A stretch of 32,516 bases of DNA from a virus (taxonomy: Duplodnaviria; Caudoviricetes). Shown here piece after piece: positions 27,621 through 32,516 of the stretch. The translations under genes were made by a program, and so were the position numbers. Where the stretch lies: the IMG/VR virus record IMGVR_UViG_3300005077_000562, positions 1 to 32,516 of that record; one strand, written 5' to 3'. Within the stretch, counting starts at the first letter, position 1. The number at the start of each line of letters is the position of its first letter. Under the pieces are notes generated by a model. It was not told where the DNA came from, ran no database searches, and saw only the letters and a program-made list of their open reading frames with translations.

Positions 27621-28676
27621 TTACTCCTGTTCATTTGCAAGATATAGTGGACTTCTTTGTTTTAAAAATAATCTTCCAGAAAATTTTTCTAATCGTATAT
27701 TTTTTTCAATCATTGGTTTTATAACTATTCCTTCTCTTAAATGAGTTGGATTTAATATTGAAAATCCATTGCTATATTCTTTTAATGTTTTATCTCCTAA
27801 TACATCAATTAATTTAATATTATATGTAATTGTTGGAACATGTTTTAATTTTAATAATTCGATTATATTCATAAAATCAAATACATCTAAAATTTTATTA
27901 TTTATTTCAATATCAAAAAAATAGATATCATGATTTTTAATATTATAAATATTTTTTTGAATATTATTACCTATTATTTCCCCACGTAATGTTATATTTG
28001 AATTTAAATATTTTTCAGATAATTGTACAATTTTATTTAATAAATCTAAGTTTCTGGCTGTTTTCCATAATGTATTAATATTAAATTCTGTTTCAATTAT
28101 ACTATAATTATGACTATTAACATATATTTTTTTATCAGTATTAATTGAAATAGAAAAATTACTTCCTTCTAATTTTTCACTTATCCACACATATTCATTT
28201 AATAAAACATTAAAAATATATGGATAATTTTCAGCATTTTCTATATCATATGATGATATATATGAAGGCAATCTTACTAAATTTCCAGTATTACAAAATA
28301 ATATTGGAGGTTCATATTTAGTAACTCCTAATGAAGATGTTAAATCAATATTTTGTAATTCATTAATATTAATTTTTAAATAATTTGATATTTGTACACA
28401 ACTTGTAATTAATCCTTGAGATATTGAGCCACGTAATTTTACTGTTTTTACTCTATTACGAGATAAAAAATTAGTAACTCCAAGAAAATCACTAAGTTCT
28501 AATGGTAAAATAGAATCAATTGGAAAATATATAACAGTATCACCTTCTTTATATACTCCTTTTGGAATGCAAAATTCATATTCATTATTAATCAATTTTC
28601 CAATTTCTAAACGATCTGCATTTGGATGATTAAAAATTTTATCAATTTTTTCAAATTTTACTTCAAATAATGACAC
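27621..28676 (-). CDS. ATP-dependent RNA ligase, DRB0094 family
   Basis: N-terminal HPNADRLE...YFPIDS...KLRGSISQGL; motif I SEKLEGSN, LRGEIIG, FFDI, EGIVIK. Confidence 0.88.
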   Translation of the reverse strand: MSLFEVKFEKIDKIFNHPNADRLEIGKLINNEYEFCIPKGVYKEGDTVIYFPIDSILPLELSDFLGVTNFLSRNRVKTVKLRGSISQGLITSCVQISNYLKININELQNIDLTSSLGVTKYEPPILFCNTGNLVRLPSYISSYDIENAENYPYIFNVLLNEYVWISEKLEGSNFSISINTDKKIYVNSHNYSIIETEFNINTLWKTARNLDLLNKIVQLSEKYLNSNITLRGEIIGNNIQKNIYNIKNHDIYFFDIEINNKILDVFDFMNIIELLKLKHVPTITYNIKLIDVLGDKTLKEYSNGFSILNPTHLREGIVIKPMIEKNIRLEKFSGRLFLKQRSPLYLANEQE

Positions 28677-28686
28677 AATTATTTCC

Positions 28687-29034
28687 TTAATTTAAATTTA
28701 TAGGATTATTAATACCACTACTATTATCTAATGATCCTCCAAGTTGAATTATATCCATTAATGTTTGAATACATAATAAATATCCGTATTGAACAGAAAT
28801 ATTACTTAAAAATAATTCATGATCAGTTGGAGCTAAACAATAAACATTTGTTATATTTTCTGCTATATCATATAAAACCTGTAATTCTTGTTTACTTAAA
28901 TGAGTTAAATCTTTATTTAATAAATCTAACCATTCTTTAAATTTTTTTTGTTTGTTTTTATTATATTTATTTATAGTTGGAACACTATGTGAAAATCTTC
29001 TATCCTTTATATAATTTCCTTTATTCTTATTCAT
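28687..29034 (-). CDS. Hypothetical protein
   Basis: Co-oriented, overlapping the upstream stop. Confidence 0.55.
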   Translation of the reverse strand: MNKNKGNYIKDRRFSHSVPTINKYNKNKQKKFKEWLDLLNKDLTHLSKQELQVLYDIAENITNVYCLAPTDHELFLSNISVQYGYLLCIQTLMDIIQLGGSLDNSSGINNPINLN

Positions 29035-29227
29035 TTAATCCTTCCCATATTATCTTATTGTGCATTAATACAAAAAATGCAAATCTTTTACTTCCATATT
29101 CCACACTATTATATCTTATACCAGCAAAAACAATTGAAAAAAAATATTTATTATTATCAGATTCAATTAAATCAAATCCTTCTACTCTATAATGATTTTC
29201 AAAAAATTCTTTATCATAATTAGTCAT
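29027..29227 (-). CDS. Hypothetical protein
   Basis: Co-oriented, coupled; GGA RBS. Confidence 0.55.
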   Translation of the reverse strand: MTNYDKEFFENHYRVEGFDLIESDNNKYFFSIVFAGIRYNSVEYGSKRFAFFVLMHNKIIWEGLNE

Positions 29228-29476
29228 TTATTTTTCCATATAATCTTTAAATATGTTAAACATTTTTATTGCTTCATCACGATCTAATTTTTTCATGTTT
29301 TCTGGCAAACTATTATAAAAAGTACCCATTTGAAATTGCCATCTATCTACTAATTCTTTAGGTATAATATATGTTCCATCTTCATTTTTAATCATTCTAC
29401 TAAACATATATTTCATCCATCCAGACCATGCTTCATGAGCATAATTTGCTAAATTTTCTTGTAACTGAATATTCAT
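29228..29476 (-). CDS. RyR-domain-like small protein
   Basis: LANYAHEAW...FYNSLPENMKKLDR resembles the RyR repeat; AGGA RBS. Confidence 0.55.
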   Translation of the reverse strand: MNIQLQENLANYAHEAWSGWMKYMFSRMIKNEDGTYIIPKELVDRWQFQMGTFYNSLPENMKKLDRDEAIKMFNIFKDYMEK

Positions 29477-29520
29477 ATAATTATCCTTGAACTTTAATTA
29501 ATATAAAATGTTTCTTTTTT

Positions 29521-29829
29521 TTAGTTAATGGATATTTTTTTATATTTATTTAATAATTTTTTTCCGTAATCTGATAAAACAAATTTTCCTGTCATATGAC
29601 CACAACATGGACATTTACCTTGTTTAGAAATTTTACAATATGTAGATGCCAAAGAATCAAGCGTACCATGAACAGAAAGTTTTAAAACATTAGATTTTAA
29701 TTTTGTAATATTTTTTTGTAATACTGTTTGTGTTATACCAGCAGATTGTTTATTTGATCTTAATAAAACTCTATCTTTTGATGTTATTTCCCAATTTTTT
29801 TTATTAATTTTTTTTATAATTTTTTTCAT
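29521..29829 (-). CDS. Basic hypothetical protein with CPCCG
   Basis: ATG at 29829 lies just downstream of a predicted promoter; the TTG start at 29883 coincides with the -35 box. Confidence 0.55.
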   Translation of the reverse strand: MKKIIKKINKKNWEITSKDRVLLRSNKQSAGITQTVLQKNITKLKSNVLKLSVHGTLDSLASTYCKISKQGKCPCCGHMTGKFVLSDYGKKLLNKYKKISIN

Positions 29830-29854
29830 AATTTTCTCATTTTTAATTATTATA

Positions 29855-29883
29855 AATATACATAATAAAAATACAAAAGTCAA
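29855..29883 (-). promoter_or_regulatory. Sigma70-like promoter TTGACT-N17-TATATT overlapping ATATTTATA
   Basis: -35 at 29883-29878, -10 at 29860-29855. Confidence 0.6.
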
Positions 29884-29900
29884 TATTTTAAAAATATTTA

Positions 29901-30599
29901 TTAAAATGATAATTTATGAATTTTTTTTCTTATTCTATTTATATGTTCAAAAATAATATTTTTATTATTATTAATTATTGAATCACCTAAACCCTTTCTC
30001 ATTCTAAATCTTGTTATTACAGGAGGTTCTCCTTTTATAGCTCCAGGAACTCTCTTTCTTGAACCTGCTCCATATGGCACTTCTCTTTTTTGTTTTAATA
30101 ATGGAGATATTATATGTTGTTTATTCATTTCTGTTTCAGAATGTGAATCACTATTATAATATTGATTTATTGGAATATATTTTAATTTTTTATTATCATT
30201 GCTCCAATCTTTTTCTTTAAGTTTTGGATCATATCTTAAATTTGTTTTTTTATCAACAACAATTTCTATTTTCCAAGTATTGTCAAATTTAATTTTGCGT
30301 AATGGACTGCGTGTATTAAGAGAATTTATTATATCATAATTATATTTTTGTTGTATATCTAATAAAATACGTTTTAATTCATTTTTTTTTGGAAATACCC
30401 AAAAAGTTATAATTTTACTTTTAAGAAATAATCTACCATTACATTCTGTATTACTACGTCCCATAATATTTGCATGAGTAGAATTATACCTTCCTATATA
30501 TAATTTATTATCATGATAAGAAAAAGGTACACTTATTTCATCATTCCAGTCTATTTGATTTTTATTATATATAATAGTATCTGGACTTTCATTTATCAT
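29901..30599 (-). CDS. Paralogue of the N-terminal domain of 24651-26243
   Basis: GRLFLKSKIITFWVFP versus GRLWINKKLISFWVYP, plus a near-identical 45-aa block; AGGA RBS. Confidence 0.75.
   Translation of the reverse strand: MINESPDTIIYNKNQIDWNDEISVPFSYHDNKLYIGRYNSTHANIMGRSNTECNGRLFLKSKIITFWVFPKKNELKRILLDIQQKYNYDIINSLNTRSPLRKIKFDNTWKIEIVVDKKTNLRYDPKLKEKDWSNDNKKLKYIPINQYYNSDSHSETEMNKQHIISPLLKQKREVPYGAGSRKRVPGAIKGEPPVITRFRMRKGLGDSIINNNKNIIFEHINRIRKKIHKLSF
29982..30116. repeat. 135-bp direct repeat, copy 2
   Basis: Matches 25602-25736 at an offset of 4380 bp. Confidence 0.95.
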
Positions 30600-30851
30600 A
30601 TATTTATTCCTAATATTTATATTTTATTTATAAATATATATATTTTTATTATTTTTTTATTATTTATTATTTTTTTATTATTTTTTCTTATTTTTGGAGT
30701 TAAAAACTAATAGTTATAATTATTATAGATATATTACCCCTGCCGTTAGCAGATTGAACTAATGAAAATTTAAAAAAGTTCCATGTTTTATAGTAAAAAT
30801 AAAAAAAATTTTAATTCTATTCTATCCTTACAGTGTCAAGGCTTCCAGCTA

Positions 30852-30880
30852 TTGACTTTTTTATTTTTATTTTGTATATT
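30852..30880 (+). promoter_or_regulatory. Sigma70-like promoter TTGACT-N17-TATATT
   Basis: Same hexamers and spacing as 29855-29883; 28 nt upstream of ATG 30908. Confidence 0.6.
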
Positions 30881-30907
30881 ATAATAGTGAGAGAAAGAAA
30901 GGAAAAA

Positions 30908-31282
30908 ATGAAAAATTTAAATAAATATGATATACATAATTTATTTGATGATTTAAGAGATCGGATGCGTAAAATATCAAGATTTAAATATCTTGTATTT
31001 AGGCAAAACAACCAAAATGTGTTTTCATTCATAGTAGATGAATCTATATTTAAAAAAAACATGGATTTTGTTTGCATATGGAAAGACTTCTTCTGGCGAA
31101 GATTATCTGAAAAAGAAGATTGTGTATATGGCAAAGAAGGTATTTCCGAACAAGAAATAAATATGGCAATGGATAATTTTGAAGTTGTTGATATTTATTC
31201 CAAAACAATTTTGCATCGATTGCGTCTTTATTATGAAAATAATAAAACGAAATTAAAAAAATTAGCAGAATTTAAATATTAA
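30908..31282 (+). CDS. Hypothetical protein (probably early)
   Basis: AAGGA RBS and promoter favour ATG 30908 over 30833. Confidence 0.65.
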   Translation: MKNLNKYDIHNLFDDLRDRMRKISRFKYLVFRQNNQNVFSFIVDESIFKKNMDFVCIWKDFFWRRLSEKEDCVYGKEGISEQEINMAMDNFEVVDIYSKTILHRLRLYYENNKTKLKKLAEFKY

Positions 31283-31297
31283 TGAAAGGATTTAAAA

Positions 31298-31738
31298 ATG
31301 AAATTTTTTATGTTTTTAATTGTTTTTATTTCATTGATTGTTTTTTCATGTGATAAAAATCCAATGGAACTGGAAAACAATACAATTGTTGTTGATGTAT
31401 GGAAAACCGACATTCAAGTTGACCGAGAAACAACGTTAAAATATCCTGAAAATATATATATTCCTAATCCATCAAGAATGTATGGATATAATGTAAGAGC
31501 AGGATATATTAAATCTATTTCTTATATGTCAAGTTCATCTGATTCAGAAAAAGAATTTTCAATCAAATTGTCTGATGAAATTGGAAATTCAGTTGAATTT
31601 AATTCAAAAACTGGATTATCAGAAAAACATAATGTAAATTTAAATATGATAAATTTTTATAAAGTTGAAATAATTCGACCTAATGAAACTTGTGGTACAG
31701 TATTTCTTACTGTATATGTAACAATTATACCAAATTAA
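31298..31738 (+). CDS. Predicted lipoprotein
   Basis: MKFFMFLIVFISLIVFS-C signal peptide II/lipobox; AAGGA RBS. Confidence 0.7.
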   Translation: MKFFMFLIVFISLIVFSCDKNPMELENNTIVVDVWKTDIQVDRETTLKYPENIYIPNPSRMYGYNVRAGYIKSISYMSSSSDSEKEFSIKLSDEIGNSVEFNSKTGLSEKHNVNLNMINFYKVEIIRPNETCGTVFLTVYVTIIPN

Positions 31739-31762
31739 CTTAAATTAATTTTATTGAAAATC

Positions 31763-31790
31763 AAAGGGAAAATATTTTATTTTCCCTTTT
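31763..31790 (+). terminator. Intrinsic terminator between convergent genes
   Basis: aaagggaaaata-ttt-tattttcccttt perfect inverted repeat. Confidence 0.7.
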
Positions 31791-31805
31791 ATCATTTCCG
31801 ACCGA

Positions 31806-31838
31806 GAAAACTAAGTCCTTCAGGGCATAGTAGTTCAA
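31806..31838 (+). mobile_element. Possible IS200/IS605-type right-end remnant
   Basis: gaaaactaagtccttcagggcatagtagttcaa: imperfect hairpin then GTAGTTCAA; no tnpA or tnpB nearby. Confidence 0.45.
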
Positions 31839-32515
31839 GTTTCTATTTCCACTAAAATAGTCATATTTTTTATAGTATATTCATTTAAAATTTCAGATTC
31901 ACTGCCTGTTATTACAACTCCAATTACATCATTGGCATTAAATGAAAATGGATTTAATATTGAATAAGAACCAATATTAGATGAATCGTCAATAGTATTT
32001 TCATATGTTGTATATGTTGTTTGTGATTCTCCATTTTTTAATACATTAGATTTTACAAATATAGTAGAACCTCCTCCTCCTGCATCTAAATTAAAATTCT
32101 GAGATATTCCTGTTACTCGTCCATTTCGTATCATTCTATAATTACTATTGCCACTTCCAGATGCAAATTTATAAACTGAAGTTCCTAAATTAATAAATAT
32201 ACTTCCTGTATGTGAAAATGTTAAATATGATTTTGAACCATAAAAACTTCCAGAAATAGATAAACTTCCAGTTATTTGTTGATTTCCTTTTATTTGTGAA
32301 CTTCCTGTAATATATTCACTACCAGATATAGAAATAGAACCTGTAATCATTGTTTTGGTTGCTATTGAATTACCTAATTTAGAATCACCGTGAATTCGTA
32401 ATCCACTTGATGAAACAGGTAAACTTGAAGAAATAGAACCCAAGATTCTTACTGAACCTGTTATTTGAGTATCATTTTGAATAAATGTTTTACTTAAAAC
32501 ATTAAATACTCCCAT
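31835..32515 (-). CDS. Putative virion fibre/structural protein with ITGS repeats (may extend beyond the window)
   Basis: Repeated (I/L)(T/S)GS motifs about every 6 aa, Gly/Ser-rich, beta-rich C-terminal domain. Confidence 0.6.
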   Translation of the reverse strand: MGVFNVLSKTFIQNDTQITGSVRILGSISSSLPVSSSGLRIHGDSKLGNSIATKTMITGSISISGSEYITGSSQIKGNQQITGSLSISGSFYGSKSYLTFSHTGSIFINLGTSVYKFASGSGNSNYRMIRNGRVTGISQNFNLDAGGGGSTIFVKSNVLKNGESQTTYTTYENTIDDSSNIGSYSILNPFSFNANDVIGVVITGSESEILNEYTIKNMTILVEIET

Positions 32516-32516
32516 A

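Noticed and set aside
25602-30116. Diversity-generating retroelement template/variable repeat pair
   Set aside because: The 7 mismatches are not confined to adenines of one copy on either strand, both copies are coding, and no reverse transcriptase is visible
30720-30800. Possible tRNA or ncRNA in the divergent intergenic gap
   Set aside because: Only a 4-bp stem (ctgc-cgtta-gcag); no cloverleaf or T-loop consensus
21933-31134. Plus-strand ORFs 21933, 22814, 24424, 27509, 28731, 28977, 30513 and minus-strand ORF 30817-31134
   Set aside because: Antisense shadows of well-supported genes; their Phe/Ile/Leu richness reflects AT bias
2410-32515. Stop-codon reassignment as seen in some large phages
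   Set aside because: Core genes are full length in the standard code with dense packing, and TAA, TAG and TGA all end genes

Overview
The window has two parts. Bases 1 to about 2200 are bacterial DNA (roughly half G+C by eye) with a frameshifted hicA plus hicB-like pair and the 3' part of a RecG-C/HATPase_c_4-HTH family ATP-binding gene. From about 2200 to 32516 it is very AT-rich large-phage DNA, almost all on the minus strand. The junction falls in frame inside the phage major capsid gene, so the 466-aa ORF at 995-2395 is a capsid N-terminus/bacterial hybrid, most likely an assembly chimera. The phage part is a T4-like head module (large terminase, gp20-like portal, gp21-like prohead protease, acidic scaffold, gp23-like capsid start) with ribosomal protein bS21 embedded, the layout described for bS21-encoding large phages. 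The main signal is that about 20 otherwise unrelated proteins begin with a shared basic-hydrophobic leader ending in (I/L)-x-E (e.g. MIKLKQLIKE). This resembles a T4 capsid-targeting sequence with a gp21 cleavage site, and it also recurs at domain boundaries inside multi-domain ORFs. Tagged proteins include a CCA-adding enzyme, a PNK/zeta-like kinase, a nicotinamidase-like hydrolase, an ADP-ribosyltransferase-like protein and a half-ferritin. Nearby untagged genes encode a Thg1-like polymerase, a DRB0094-family RNA ligase and an amidase. I infer a virion-packaged, protease-matured enzyme cargo (tRNA repair, NAD handling, ADP-ribosylation). All family calls come from motif recognition by eye; no searches were run. 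I found no tRNA, rRNA or CRISPR array.
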